From Lepidodermella squamata (taxonomy: Eukaryota > Animalia > Gastrotricha): a DNA stretch of 64,000 nucleotides. Both the position numbers and the translations under genes were made by a program. Below, in pieces: positions 35,268 through 50,005 of this stretch (within the stretch, counting starts at the first letter, position 1; each line of letters opens with the position of its first letter). The notes below the pieces were generated by a model that saw only the letters and a program-made list of their open reading frames with translations, did not search any database and was not told the DNA's origin. The stretch is taken from positions 4,402,001 to 4,466,000 of the forward strand of contig JBLDXI010000042.1 of the NCBI GenBank assembly GCA_047495785.1, read 5' to 3'.

Positions 35268-36356
35268 TTAGTCTAACGAGTAAACCGAGGCATCGGTTAC
35301 GCCGAGACCACCCAAGCGGGCGTTGTGTACTTTTTTCAAACCGACCACAAAATCTTCTTTACAAACTGATGGTACACCGATATCTATGTTATTTTGAGCA
35401 CTCTCGACTAGACGGAGGCGAGATACTGAATGCAACGCAGCTTGTCGGCACAATTCTTGGATGTCACTGCCAGAAAAATGGTCAGTTAGTTTGGCCAGTT
35501 CTTGAAGGTCAACATCGGCATTTGTCACCGTTTCACGCAAGACTTTCTTAAAAATAGCGTGCCGAGTCTCTTGAGATGGCATGGGAATCATCAAACGACA
35601 GGGCATGCGACGAAGAATGGCGTGGTCGACGTCATGGGGGCGATTCGTTGCACCAATAACCATCACCTGACAATTGCGATCAGTTGCAAGGCCATCCCAT
35701 TGGCTCATAAACAAAGTTTTCACTTGAACAGTAGCTTCATGGTCGGTGCCAGACCGAGCACGTAGCACAGAGTCAATTTCATCAATGAAAATGATGCAAG
35801 GCTGTAGCTTGACAGCAAGAGAAAACACTGCTTCGGTTCGCTTTTGCGTCTCGCCGTACCATTTATCGTTCAACGACGATATTTGAAGATTGATAAAACG
35901 TGCACCAGACATTTTAGCCATAGCCCGGGCGATCATCGTTTTCCCACATCCAGGTGGACCGTAAAGCAAGACACCTTTGGGTGCTTGAATAAGATTGCTA
36001 TGACGAAACAGCTCTGGTCTCGTGAAGGGGATAAGGACGTTGGATATGAGCTCACTAATTACGTCATCCAAACCGCCAATATCATCCCAAGATGTGCTGA
36101 GCGTATCTGGATCGACTAGATTACTGGCGATGATAAATTCATACTCATTCAGAGCCGGAATTTTATCTGCAGTAATGCCAAGTTTATGAAGAACCGCAGC
36201 CGCTTCAATAGCTGACTTTTTCTTGTCCTTGTCTGTAGGGTCTAAGGCTTTCATCATGACTTTAATGGCGAAGTAAGTCAAAGCAGCACTGAAAGTCAGC
36301 CCGATTCCCATGGATATTAATCGGGCGAGAACATCGCGCCGCAGCTCATCAGACAT
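35268..36356 (-). CDS. ATAD1: Outer mitochondrial membrane AAA-ATPase (Msp1/Thorase), intronless; probable start 36356
   Basis: N-terminal TM followed by ALDP, LNEYE...IASNLVDP, Walker A GPPGCGKT, KWYGE, IFIDEID, DHEAT, AILRRMP; acceptor AG at 36387-36386 upstream of MSDELRR. Confidence 0.93.
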   Translation of the reverse strand: MSDELRRDVLARLISMGIGLTFSAALTYFAIKVMMKALDPTDKDKKKSAIEAAAVLHKLGITADKIPALNEYEFIIASNLVDPDTLSTSWDDIGGLDDVISELISNVLIPFTRPELFRHSNLIQAPKGVLLYGPPGCGKTMIARAMAKMSGARFINLQISSLNDKWYGETQKRTEAVFSLAVKLQPCIIFIDEIDSVLRARSGTDHEATVQVKTLFMSQWDGLATDRNCQVMVIGATNRPHDVDHAILRRMPCRLMIPMPSQETRHAIFKKVLRETVTNADVDLQELAKLTDHFSGSDIQELCRQAALHSVSRLRLVESAQNNIDIGVPSVCKEDFVVGLKKVHNARLGGLGVTDASVYSLD

Positions 36357-38007
36357 CTCAGATAATAAGTGAGATATAAAAGCTTCTAAGTGATAAGTGA
36401 ATAAAGAAAATGTAGGTAAACTTGCCAAGGCGATCGGGGACCAGAGAAAATCAAAACATCTGCAACAGGTGACGCAAAAGACAAAGCAAATTTGAATCTT
36501 CAAGATGGTAGAAGTATGCAGTAGATGTAAGCAGTGAACATATGGCAGATCGTAGAAGGTGTGCAAAACAGTGTCGGCAGCTGCCAGATACGCCAGTTCC
36601 TGGTTGGGCTAGCAAAACAAAGGGGTTTTCAACTCAGGGGAAAATCCAGGCAACTTGTGCCAAATTAGATAATGCGTCAAATCCGTTTCAACACATAATA
36701 AACAAAATAATAAAAGTGTGATTTATTATTGTAAGACTTTAAAATTGATGTTCAAGAGAATGGGAATTGTAACAAAAAACGCATGGAGGGCAGTCCGCTT
36801 TGGGTATGAGGTTTTTTGTTAGGTTCGATTGTTCGATTCGCACTCTCTTCTGAGGCTTGTGCACGTCGTGGCGTGCCCAGTTTTAGCGGTTCTTGTTTTT
36901 TTTCCTGTGGTCCAGCCTAGAATTTTGCAAAAAATCATGTTTGATTCATCCAGCTGAGTAGTATCACCTTGCTCAGCTATCAGCTTTCATCGAGTTATAC
37001 CACCACCGAGAAAGTCAGATGTTTGAAATGTTGGTGCTATTGTGCAGAGAAAAATTTTAATAGCATCTTTCTCAATGGTAATTATCCCATGCTCACGGAT
37101 TTGCGGTTATTTTAATGCAGCAAATCTTGCTATCGGCGCTAGTGCCTAGTGCCTAGTGCTTAAAGGCGTGTGACCTTTAATATGGCCGTTTGGTCTCGTT
37201 CAAATCGCGTGTCAGGGTTATGTCTTTCTTAGCATTCGCTAAGCTTCTTCCATCCTCGTCATTCTATCCATCATTCTTCCATCTGCTGCGTCTTTACTAA
37301 TTATATTAGTCTCTGCATTCCTTGCATTGCAGAATGTGTGCTAGTCTTATTTCTAATTCGAGGCACATTGTAATGAAGGATCAAGCGATGAGAGTTTGAC
37401 GTTTACGTCCATCTAAAATTTTAATCCCTAAACCCAATTATCCTAGCATACACATTTATGTCAGCGGAACGCAGAACATAATGATAATAGATTGCCGAAT
37501 TTTTATTAAATTTATATAGGTATTAGATACTCATCTTCTGTATTCTTTTAGGCTCTGAGTGGAACGATTATGTTAACTTTTTGCTCTTTATGTAGAGCGC
37601 TTATGATACGTAAAACACCTTTTATCGACTTGACAGTTTGCTGAATGAATCAGGCTAAAGGCTTCTTGCTTCATTGTTAGCCTTTCTTTTTAGTTACGTG
37701 CACTGGATGTTTATTGATTATGAAATATTACTAGGCTCTCAACAAATTGATTTTACCAATGTTATCTTGTTCTCCGTTGAAATTCTATGTAATTTTGTAT
37801 CGCTAATGATATTTCTTCATTTAATAGGAAACCTAGATTGTAAATAGTATATTTTTGTTGTCCACGAGGTACCTATGGTTTTCTGACACAATTCTTGTTT
37901 TGTGTTGAATTCGTCTTGGACTAGCATTTTTCAACTGTGCCCACTCTTATTACCCGAGGCATCGTTGAAGAATGTTCTAAGTCTGCTACCTGCTTCCAGA
38001 TAACAAA

Positions 38008-41000
38008 ATGACTGAGATTGATCGCTTAAAGAAAGGTTTGATGATTTTTATATTTTTTCTGTCTTTTTTTTACCAAGAGGTTTGCTCTAGATTTAGATTA
38101 CGAAGATGAGGGTGCGCTGAACGGCGTTTCTCACTCAGTACCGACTGGCATGTCGTCGCCTATTGGACAGGCCACCCAATATGGCTTTCCTGTCAATAAC
38201 GGTGTATCGCATGCTGAGCGTTGCGACGAATGTGGCCAGTGGTTTGCCGGCATTGGCCAGCTGATTAAGCACGCGAATCGGCATCACTCTGGTGCAGGCA
38301 TTAGATCGAAGCCATACAGCTGCAAACAATGCAACAAGTCGTTCGCGAACGCGAGCTACCTGTCGCAGCACAATCGAATCCACCAGGGCGTGCGGCCGTA
38401 CAAATGCGAGGAATGTACGAAGACGTTTACGCAATTATCTCATCTGCAACAGCACAAGCGGACTCATACCGGTGAAAAGCCTTACAAGTGCAAATCGCCA
38501 GGTTGTACTAAGGCGTTTAGTCAATTGTCTAATCTTCAGTCGCACACGCGCTCGCATATGACGGACAAGCCGTTTCACTGCAATTCGTGTTACAAATGCT
38601 TCTCGCAACAGGCCGAGCTCGACCAGCACCGGCTCGAGCACGGCCGATCGCGGCTGATGCGGACTCACATCTGCAAGTTCTGCGGCAAGGGCTACGTGCA
38701 GATAGCTTACCTCGAAAAACACATCGCGAAGCACGAGAGCGAGGAGCAGGGCTCGAGTTCGAGCGGCACAACGGCTTCGTCGCAACAGCCGCACTCCTCG
38801 ACCTCGCCTCGCAACTTCGGAGCGCAAATGCAGCAGCAAAGACCCGGCTCTTCGCTATCTTCGACCCCGACAACAACGACCTCGGTGGTACCGGGTCTTC
38901 AAGACGCGACCGGCCAGCTGCAAGGCTTCGGAAATGGTCAAACGCCTGGTTTTTACAACCCGGCTGCGTCGCCTCTTGGCCTCCCCCCAATGGCTCAAGA
39001 CACGGTATAAAAATACATCATTAATAATAAAAAAAATGAATAAAAAAGGATATGTCTTTGACCAGATTTTGCACCCTCTACCTTTCGTTTTTTATTTATT
39101 AAATTCATATACATATACATTGATAAGAGTTGCGTGCATGTGTGTGGCAGAATGTACCGAACAGCAGTCTTGTAGGTGCAATATAAGCGCGATTATTATT
39201 ATAGCAACTAATAATAGTAATAGAAGCCTTATCACGGCTCGCTGCGACAAGTGCATATTTTTTCGCAACTATAACATGTTAATAGGGGGCTCTTGGAGAT
39301 TTACATTTACCCACCACTAGCACAGGTTATTTTTTCGCGCGCGCTTTTTTACGTATGTGTGTATGTGTGTGTGTGTTGAAAATTTTAACAACTATTAGGA
39401 TCCACAAGGCACTGTGTGTGTGTTTGTTTTTTTATTACTATTCTGGCACGTCGTATACATGCGTGTATATTTGACAACAAGTAGAGGGAGAGAGGGAGAG
39501 CTGCTGTAAAAAACGAAAGGAACGCGCGGGTTATACGTGCTTGTTGCGGGACACAAGCGAGAGCAACACTATTAAGTAGACGGCGACGACAATGCCAAAC
39601 AATAAGAGCGCCTAGATTTTTGAAAAAATGGGGTTTAATTCATCCATTCATTGATTATAAGACGAAAAGACGGCTAGTTGTTACTGTGACTGTGAAGTAT
39701 GAGAATGAAATATTACGATAGTTGACTTTTACTGCGTGTTAAAAATGATTAAAAATGAATTTAAGAAAAACTGAAGAAAAATTATGACTCGCTTGTCTGA
39801 TTCTAGGCTAAAATAATGATGGAAATTGTAAAAGAAGGGTTTTTATTCAAAACCGGAAGCTAAACGGGATAATCTGTTTCAAAGTTTTGATTATGCAAAA
39901 TTTCGCCAAGGGATCAGATCAGGTTGTGAACGATCAGAGAATACTTTCGTTGATTAATTAGTAACATTTTCTTCGACTTGCTTCAAAAAAGTCTAGCCGA
40001 ACCTTGTTAAGAATTGAAAATTGAAAATGATTGATCGAAACATCATGTTCCATTGCCAACCTGAATTTATTGATTATAAAGAAATTTCATGGCTAGCCAT
40101 TGAATAGGGGCTTGTATAAATCTACTTTGAAATACGGATCAATTCGATGCCCAAGTATGCTTCAAGATTTCGCAATTAGCGCTTCACTCCAAATTTTTGG
40201 CGTTGACCCCAAATTACAGAAATTCATTTGCAGATATTTTTGATTGGGTCTAACTTTTAGCGGAACCAAATTTTGGAATTTTCAATGGACCTAAAGCCAC
40301 TTTTTGAAGCTTTCAATCTTGTCATGATTTATCAGCATACTTTGAGATAAATCATCATTAAATTCAGCGTAAAATTCTGTAAAAGACGCATTCTTCACTT
40401 TGGAATTCAGGCATTGCCTCAATTTCGTATAAATATTCAAAAAGCGGCCTTTTGCTTACCTAAAATCAGGTTCCGCAAAATGCCGATTTGGTTCCGCTAC
40501 AGTCAAATTTGGTTCCGCCAAAAGATATTCTGTTTTTGATTGTTGTGAGGTCTTACAGAAATTTATGCAATTTATTTTCAATTTTGGAATAGGGCACTAT
40601 TTTACGCTCAGCCAACTTCAGGAATTTAATTACGCGAGTAAGAACCATGTGGTCAATGTAGAACTGATCAATACTTTTCGCTAAATGGAAGGTGCTTTGT
40701 TGGACGAGGCTCCCTAAACTATAACCCATAAACAATCCTTCTAAAATATTTTCTGATAGCTGTTTACCTGCGCAAGTCTACCAAGAAATCAAAATTGTTC
40801 TCTCCTTGATTGGATTTTGCAGGCTATAACTCAATTTTTGCGCGATTCGAAGACCCTTAAACTGTTGAACTTTTTTTACATGTTAAGATGTATTAGAAGT
40901 TTTTCATTTTTCTAATGACTTATTGTTGATGTTTTCTAGGATCGTCTTCCCCAGTCGCATAACAACGCGTCGCCGCACCAGACTGACTTCTTCAACCACC

Positions 41001-41266
41001 TCGGCGCGCCGTTCAACTCGGTGCCACCCAACGTCACAATGGCGAATAACCAGCAGCAGCAGCAGCAACAACAGCAGCAAAATAACCAACAACAACAGGT
41101 GTTACAACACAATGCGATACCGCATTTCTCGATCCCGCCGCTGAATATGCTGAACATGCTGCCCGGCTTCGACCAGTGGCATCAGGCGAACCAGGCGGCG
41201 GTTATACAGGCGGCCGGGTCGGGCCAGGCGTACGGCAACTGGACGACCTATAGCGGCCCCATGTGA
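38008..41266 (+). CDS. C2H2 zinc-finger transcription factor, rotund/squeeze/LIN-29/ZNF384 family; exons 38008-38035, 38091-39004, 40940-41266
   Basis: FANASYLSQHNRIH, FTQLSHLQQHKRTHTGEKPYKC..PGC.KAFSQLSNLQSH.RSH.TDKPF.CNSCYKCF are diagnostic; polyQ in the last exon; splice phases consistent. Confidence 0.88.
40255..40532. mobile_element. MITE-like element, copy 1 (in zinc-finger gene intron)
   Basis: Left tagcggaaccaaattt and right repeated ttggttccgc motifs ending agatattctg; interior aligns by eye with 49374-49635. Confidence 0.65.
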
Positions 41267-44200
41267 CTATAATACTAAACACAAATAACACAACACAACA
41301 ACGGGTTTAAAATGACTAATAAATCGTAGAAGAATCGATCGAAAATATGCCTGAGTGTGATCACAGTTTTTCTCTCTCTCACTCGCTCTACCTTGAATTT
41401 TCTCGCCGCTATCGCCTGATTTTGCGCGAAATATTTTTGCGCAATTTTTACTTAAGTAAAGCAACTAAACTTCCAAAACTGCTGATTGCCTGCTGCGTTC
41501 TATTTTTTTGATTGCAGACTCTCTCCTATCCTCACCCAAAGAAATGTAAGCGGCGTAATTGAGATGCAAGAAATTATTTTTCAGCCGATATAGTAATTGT
41601 TGTTTCAGATGCAAAATAATAAAACGAAGAGACTATTTTTAGACAAATTATTACTGAATGAAAGACAAACGCTATCAAACTTCAGATCAAACTACCTGCT
41701 AAACGTTGCTTGTTATTGATAATTTGAATTATTTCTATACAAACAATTATCAACATCATCATCTGTGTATTTTTTCCACCAGTGCTTATAAATATATATT
41801 AATTATTTTTCTCTCTTCGTTTGTTGAAATTGATGGTCGCAATCTCTTCTTTCTTAAAAATGATGAAACGGAACCTTTGAAATTATCTAAACTTATATTT
41901 TCTTCCTGATATAATATACGAAGCAAATTAATATTATTATTTTTTCGCGGAGATATTTTTCCTTTCTTGCAGGCATAATTAATATCGGGATTATTTTTCA
42001 TGTTATATTTTTTTCTTCGGGAGAACAGAGCAATCATGTCTTGGTTATATATTATTATTACGAAAATTGGAGAAAATTTGCATAATTTTTTTCTGTGTCG
42101 AGGAAATAGCCGCCGCCGCTTCCAAGTTTATTTCGCGTGAGAGCTAAAATATTTTTCACATGACATGTTTTTTGTGTCGCGCGCGCGATCCAGGTGTTGG
42201 ATGGTGTCACCCTGCTATATAAATACATACACATTTATAGGAGCGCATTACTATTAGCTTATTTTCTATGAATGAAATCGTGTCCGGTGTTTGTCATCTT
42301 TGTTTTTTCTTCGCTAACAAGTCAATAATAGCCTTGTTTCATATTTGCCTAGTGTTAAAAGCGGCCCACACCCTGGCGCTATTATTTGAGAGGTAAATCT
42401 TCCGCGCGACTGCCTTTTTTGTTCAATTTTTAGTCCTTTAACTCTTCCGGGCCTTGAAGAAACATTTTGTTGCAGGGTTATTAGTTGTTGCTTTAATTAA
42501 CCTCCACACCATCAATAATTATGATAAAATTAATCACGGAAACAGCTATAATTTACCTATCTATAGATCATTTGTATTGTATTTTTACTTCGGAAGACAC
42601 GAGTGGAATGAATTGAAAAAGTATCTCTTGTATAAAGCTAATAATTAATAGCTAATTAATTGTTTTTTCTCGTCTCGTGTTTTTGTGCCAGTGTGAGATG
42701 ATGAAATACTACAAACGATCGAACATCTTCTTATCATTATTATTTTTTGTTTCTTTTTCTCGCGTGTAGCCGCGTCCTTCTTACATACGTACTACTTGTT
42801 TATCGATTGATTGAAGATTGATTAATGGCGGCGATTTATCTGAATAAATAACAGCCTTTTTGATGGATGAATCGCGCGAGGTTCGAATTATGCATTTATC
42901 GTATGATGCCTATGCTCGTCTTCGTCGTCTTCGGGTTTTTCTATACAAAAATTGTTGATGATGATGATGCGTTGTAATCACGGCGGTGAAAGCTGCGGTC
43001 ATGAGCTGGTGATCGGGGCTGTTCATGGGCCGTTGTTACGATGCGCCTCTTCGTCTCTTCGATGATAATGATGAGCGTGCGAGAAATCTATTAATAACGG
43101 ATGAAATATGGCGTATCAGAGGATGTACACATGATGTAACTATATTTTCGGCAATTTACCAAAATAAAAGCAGTGGAAACCGATAACAATTAGCCGTATT
43201 TTAAAATGGAATCCAACGGAAAAAAAATAATAATCGGCACACAAAATAATAGCCTTCCATTGAAATTCGCTGAAAAACTTTTACTTTGTTACCTTCTCTG
43301 AAACTGACTTTCTCGTGCAGCTAGCAGTCCACAAAATTTGCACCCCGGTATTTGGCACCCTCAACAATCTAGCAATTGACCAATTTTTTTGGGAAAATTG
43401 TAAAAAAATGTCGACGACGCTGTTTCAAAAAAAAACATTTTCAGCGGTTAGGATCTATTGCAGTTTACTTCAATTTCAAGGAACATAACGACAACTTCGC
43501 AGCACGACGCGAAATTTTTGCTCGGCAGAGGTAGGCTGGCCATAGGACTCGTGTGGCATGTAAGTAAGAAGTTTAATCTTCAACGATAATCCCCTACTTT
43601 TCGCAATTAGCGCTATTTGAAGCTTTTAAATTAAACTTGAATTGAACCGCTATTTTTCGAAAATATATTGGGAGAGAAAATTTATTGAAAATTCAGCTAC
43701 AATAAAATTGGCGTTTTCTGATTTTTCAAGTTAGAGGAATTACATAAGGAATTAGTATTGATGAAAATAATATAGGAAGAAACTCCAATGCGACAAAATC
43801 GAGGGTCATCGATGGCTTAAGGCCTAAGTCTCTTCAGTTTCTAAGCCCTTGAACCAGGCTGTGATCCGGTTTTGCGATTCTTTTTATCTTCAAACTGTTT
43901 CGTTTAACCTCAAGCGAGACCGAAGACTCCGGCTGGTGATAGGGACTGTAGGAATACCGGCCCCTATCGGGCTCCACTGCTGAGCGCTCTCAATTATGGG
44001 TTCATTTCAAGAGCTTTGCTTGATAGCTTGGAGGGAATGCTTCAACTATATTACGCACTACTCCAAATTCGTGAGTCGTCTTCTTCAAGTATGCGGGATA
44101 GAATAATACTGAGTGTACTTGATCGGTATTAACGTGACTCCATTCAGGGGCCGGCGTTCGAGGCCCCCTCGGACAACAAGGATTGAATATTTCTCACATG

Positions 44201-44384
44201 TGTTGAGAAAGGCATCACACAAATAATTGGGATTTTCAATTCCAATTTTTCAACGTCAATTACAGCAAATCTCCAAGTTACTACCAGCATTTGTTGTCAT
44301 ATACATGTATTTATTCATTCATTCAACCCACAACGAAGAAACCTGATCATTTTATTTGCTTTTAAAACACTGCTAAAAATGTTG

Positions 44385-44421
44385 AACACTGTTGCAATAA
44401 CTTGTGGCCCTGAAAAGGGCC
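44385..44421 (-). terminator. H3 3' stem-loop plus conserved downstream element
   Basis: GGCCCTTTTCAGGGCC (44421-44406) followed by ACAAGTTATTGCAACAGTGTT, then AATAAA further downstream. Confidence 0.92.
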
Positions 44422-44456
44422 GGTCGGTGTGATTAGATCTTCAGTTGACTGATCGC

Positions 44457-45453
<997 letters not shown>

Positions 45454-45502
45454 GATCATCATCAATCGACCGCTCTCAACATCAGCGTCTTCAGCCCTAA
45501 CC

Positions 45503-45563
45503 GGCCCTTTTCAGGGCCACAAGTTGTTGGAACAGTGTTTATCCTTCAGCTGATTTTAATAAA
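45503..45563 (+). terminator. H4 3' stem-loop, downstream element and AATAAA (stem-loop duplicated at 46480-46495)
   Basis: GGCCCTTTTCAGGGCC ACAAGTTGTTGGAACAGTGTT; AATAAA at 45558-45563. Confidence 0.92.
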
Positions 45564-46307
45564 ACAAAGTGTCAAAATAAAATTCATCTTGGCAAAATGA
45601 TCATTGATCGAGGTAATAAAAAAATAAAACAGGAAAAGGCGTGCTGCGTTAATTTGCCAAGAGCCTTCGAGTGCTTATTCCACACACAAAAAATGCGATT
45701 CGGGTGCTCGACTATTTGGTGTAAACCACGGAATTTCTGGTCGGTGAGTTCTTAATGGTGGAAAAGTTAAGAAGAGACGCGGCGGGTAGTATTCAAGAAA
45801 ACAAGTAAACAAAATGAAAAAAAAAAAGAAATTGTACCTTAAATCGCGAAGTCAAAAAGCAATAATTCACCGATTCACCGAAAACACTGACAATCTGCGT
45901 TATTAATTCAACCTTTTTCCGAGGATTTGAAAAATTCCGCAAAATTAACGCAAAATTCTGTTCTGATTCCATCGCATTTCAGCCGCGATTTCGCCATTGA
46001 AATTTAGTTGAATGCAAGACATTTTAACGAATGACCTATTTATGGTTCTCTCACAGAAGATTCACGTCGACCGTGAACCTCAGCTTTACACCGCAACTTT
46101 ATCGAAATAAAAACCAGACTAAATATGATGTCAACGTTAAGCTCTTTCTCACTACTATGCGTCAACCCGGTTCGTTTGATAATTTTTATTTGCTGTTAAA
46201 TCTTCAATAAGAATAATGATTAACACTGTTGCAACAACTTGTGGCCCTGAAAAGGGCCGGTTCATGCTTATTGAAAAGCTGCGGTTGATGACGAAGTCGC
46301 TTATTGA

Positions 46308-46427
<120 letters not shown>

Positions 46428-47198
46428 TAAGATCATCATCAATCGACCGCTCTCAACATCAGCGTCTTCAGCCCTAACCGGCCCTTTTCAGGGCCACAAG
46501 TTGTTGGAACAGTGTTTATCCTTCAGCTGATTTTAATAAAACAAAGTGTCAAAATAAAATTCATCTTGGCAAAATGATCATTGATCGAGGTAATAAAAAA
46601 ATAAAACAGGAAAAGGCGTGCTGCGTTAATTTGCCAAGAGCCTTCGAGTGCTTATTCCACACACAAAAAATGCGATTCGGGTGCTCGACTATTTGGTGTA
46701 AACCACGGAATTTCTGGTCGGTGAGTTCTTAATGGTGGAAAAGTTAAGAAGAGACGCGGCGGGTAGTATTCAAGAAAACAAGTAAACAAAATGAAAAAAA
46801 AAAAGAAATTGTACCTTAAATCGCGAAGTCAAAAAGCAATAATTCACCGATTCACCGAAAACACTGACAATCTGCGTTATTAATTCAACCTTTTTCCGAG
46901 GATTTGAAAAATTCCGCAAAATTAACGCAAAATTCTGTTCTGATTCCATCGCATTTCAGCCGCGATTTCGCCATTGAAATTTAGTTGAATGCAAGACATT
47001 TTAACGAATGACCTATTTATGGTTCTCTCACAGAAGATTCACGTCGACCGTGAACCTCAGCTTTACACCGCAACTTTATCGAAATAAAAACCAGACTAAA
47101 TATGATGTCAACGTTAAGCTCTTTCTCACTACTATGCGTCAACCCGGTTCGTTTGATAATTTTTATTTGCTGTTAAATCTTCAATAAGAATAATGATT

Positions 47199-47235
47199 AA
47201 CACTGTTGCAACAACTTGTGGCCCTGAAAAGGGCC
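47199..47235 (-). terminator. H2A 3' stem-loop plus downstream element (duplicated at 46222-46258)
   Basis: GGCCCTTTTCAGGGCC ACAAGTTGTTGCAACAGTGTT on the minus strand, AATAAA further downstream. Confidence 0.92.
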
Positions 47236-47277
47236 GGTTCATGCTTATTGAAAAGCTGCGGTTGATGACGAAGTCGC

Positions 47278-47721
47278 TTATTGAGATTGGCTAGCGGCGG
47301 CCTTCTTCTTGCCACCGGTCGCCGGCTTGGCAGCGGGTGCCTCGGCCGACTTCTTCGGCAGCAAGACGGTCTGGATGTTGGGCAGAACACCGCCTTGAGC
47401 AATCGTAACGTGCGACAGCAGCTTGTTCAACTCCTCGTCGTTGCGGATCGCCAGTTGGATATGGCGGGGAACGATGCGGGTCTTCTTGTTATCACGAGCG
47501 GCGTTACCGGCCAACTCGAGGACTTCAGCGGCCAGGTACTCCATGACGGCGGCGAGATACACGGGCGCACCTGCACCGACACGCTCAGCGTAGTTACCGC
47601 GCTTCAACAGACGCGTAATACGACCGACCGGAAATTGGAGACCGGCACGCGATGACTTCGTCTTGGCCTTCTGGCGGTTAGCCTTGCCTCCCTTACCACG
47701 ACCAGCAGCTGGAGCGGACAT
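47278..47721 (-). CDS. H2A: Histone H2A with extended N- and C-terminal tails (147 aa)
   Basis: [51 protein letters not shown]. Confidence 0.98.
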   Translation of the reverse strand: MSAPAAGRGKGGKANRQKAKTKSSRAGLQFPVGRITRLLKRGNYAERVGAGAPVYLAAVMEYLAAEVLELAGNAARDNKKTRIVPRHIQLAIRNDEELNKLLSHVTIAQGGVLPNIQTVLLPKKSAEAPAAKPATGGKKKAAASQSQ

Positions 47722-48105
47722 TGTTGATGATGTTGATAAGCTTTAAACTGCGAAAATTACAGAATGAGCACGAACAAAATGACTGAACACCTGATTTTTC
47801 TTTAAATACCCCGCGCTGGCATTTATTTTCAGTTTCTAAGCGATTCAAATTTTCGAAACACTGTTTATTGCTTTATTAGCCAATCAGATTGCGTGTTTTT
47901 ACCGCGCGCGCGTCTTTACAATTATTGCGCACATTTTATTGGCTGCGAGGCACGTGTCGTTAATTTGAACCGGCACACTCGTTAGCGCGTCCGGCGCACT
48001 AATGCCGACCGGATGTTATAATGAAAGCGAAATTGCGCGCAAAGGTTGTTCGGAAGTTGTATTAGATTTTCGCTTTATCACTTGATATCTCGATCACTCA
48101 TCATC

Positions 48106-48480
48106 ATGTCGCCCAAGGTTACTGGTAAAGTCGCTTCGAAGGGTTCGAAGAAGGCCGCGAAGCCGAAGACCGCTGGCGAGAAGAAGAAGCGCCATCGCCG
48201 CCGCGAGTCGTACAACATCTACATCTACAAGGTGTTGAAACAGGTCCACCCGGACACTGGCATCTCCGGCAAGGCTATGGCCATCATGAACTCGTTCGTC
48301 AACGACATCTTCGAGCGCATCGCCCTCGAGTCGTCACGCCTGGCCCACTACAACAAGAAGGCCACCATAAGCAGTCGAGAGGTGCAAACGGCTGTTCGTC
48401 TTCTCCTGCCTGGTGAGCTCGCTAAGCACGCCGTCTCTGAAGGCACCAAGGCCGTCACCAAGTACACCAGCTCGAAATAA
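48106..48480 (+). CDS. H2B: Histone H2B
   Basis: [21 protein letters not shown]...[26 protein letters not shown]; start atcATG at 48106. Confidence 0.98.
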   Translation: MSPKVTGKVASKGSKKAAKPKTAGEKKKRHRRRESYNIYIYKVLKQVHPDTGISGKAMAIMNSFVNDIFERIALESSRLAHYNKKATISSREVQTAVRLLLPGELAKHAVSEGTKAVTKYTSSK

Positions 48481-48518
48481 GCCACGAAGACCTCAACATC
48501 GTCTTCTGACTCCGAACC

Positions 48519-48604
48519 GGCCCTTTTCAGGGCCACAAGTTGTTGCAACAGTGTTCAAACTTATTTAGGGATTTAGTTCAAACTAATTCAAATTTCGAAA
48601 TAAA
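48519..48604 (+). terminator. H2B 3' stem-loop, downstream element and AATAAA
   Basis: GGCCCTTTTCAGGGCC ACAAGTTGTTGCAACAGTGTT; AATAAA at 48599-48604. Confidence 0.92.
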
Positions 48605-49373
48605 ATTGAATTTACAATTTTCGATGACCAGGCTTGAATGCTTGCTATTTTCGAGCAATTCGCGGAAGCAGTGATTCCAGTCATTAACACATGCAATAAC
48701 CATAGATTTTAATTGGAAGAGAATTGGATAAAAACCATGGAAAATTTAATAAAAATGAATTAATCTACCTCTGCCAGTGGACACCGAAAATATATGAGAG
48801 TGAAGTCGAAAATTCGCAACACTCATCGAGGCCAATTGTTTTCTACGGGTTATCGAAGAAATCCTAAGCCAAGACCCGACCTTGACGGACCTTGAAACAA
48901 TAGCGTTATTGCAAGTGGATCATCCCGGCCAAGTTGTCCCAGTCCTTTTAACCTTGATCGAATGAATTTATTTCATTGGTTTCCGACCAAGGTTCCACCT
49001 GTCAATGGATGGGCTTTTTGTAATAAAATTCCTCTTATAAAAGCACCGGCTAGCCTCAAAAACATTATGGTCAAATTACCACGGTGAAATTTCTGTAATC
49101 AAGCTGCAACAATTTATATTATAAAACTGAAATAATACCAGGTACCAATAATTTTGACCAAGGTACCAATAATTCCCAACCATTCAAAACGGGCTATTTA
49201 ACGCGACAATTTCTGTGAGCGAACGGGCTATTTTTTAATTTACTAAACAGGGAAGGCTCCGACATGCCCTGAACCGAGCGATCGAATTGCTGATTCGTCG
49301 AATAATTTCGTGACTAATGCATTTCTATTTCAAAAGTTCAACACACGACTCGCGGGTCCGCCTTTTACCTGAT

Positions 49374-49635
49374 CCAAATATGCTGTAGCGGAATCAAATT
49401 TAGGAATTTTCTAGAGGCCTGAAATCAATTTTCGGACATTTCTTGGGTATCAAGATTGACCACAATGATTCTAAACAAATAACCATTAAATTCTGCGTGA
49501 CATTCTCTATAAGACAGTGTTCATTTCAGAACTCGGGCTTCGCCTTGAATTCGTAAAATTATTCAAAAATGACTCTTGGCATATTTCGACTTTAGTTCCG
49601 CTACGGCAAATTTGGTTCCGCTACAAGATATTCTG
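49374..49635. mobile_element. MITE-like element, copy 2
   Basis: About 27-bp imperfect TIRs (caaatatgctgtagcggaatcaaattt / aaatttggttccgctacaagatattctg); non-coding interior homologous to 40255-40532. Confidence 0.7.
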
Positions 49636-50005
49636 TTCGATTACCGCTTACCCTTGAACCCCAAATCGAAATAAAGAGAATCATGACAAAAATGTAATCA
49701 ACTTTATTTTGCATCAAATGTTTGAAACGAACGGAAATAAGTTGCCGAGTTACAAAAAGAGCACAAGTATGGCGAGAAAAATGTTGTCACTGGAAGACTG
49801 TACTTCAATCTATAGATCACCCGACGCACAATTCACTAGCAAAGCCACGAATTAAACATCATCAAAATTTGAATTTTTATTCTCAAAAATTAGCAATGAA
49901 AAAAGCGAGAAATAAATGGAAGCGCAAGATCAGACTACCAAAATTAAACCGGCCGTCATATGATACATGGAACAAAGTTTGACACGGGAGATTTAGTCAC
50001 GAGAT

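Noticed and set aside
36357-36566. 70-aa N-terminal extension of ATAD1 in the ORF track (likewise TAMM41 55916-55999 and H2B 48046-48105)
   Set aside because: Extensions start at non-ATG codons or cross acceptor/UTR sequence; homology begins at the downstream ATG.
36592-36661. Possible long hairpin ncRNA upstream of ATAD1
   Set aside because: Pairing is short and interrupted; no family resemblance; needs folding and covariation evidence.
41267-42700. let-7 sites in the LIN-29-like 3' region
   Set aside because: Only offset CTACCT hexamers seen, no full CTACCTC seed match.
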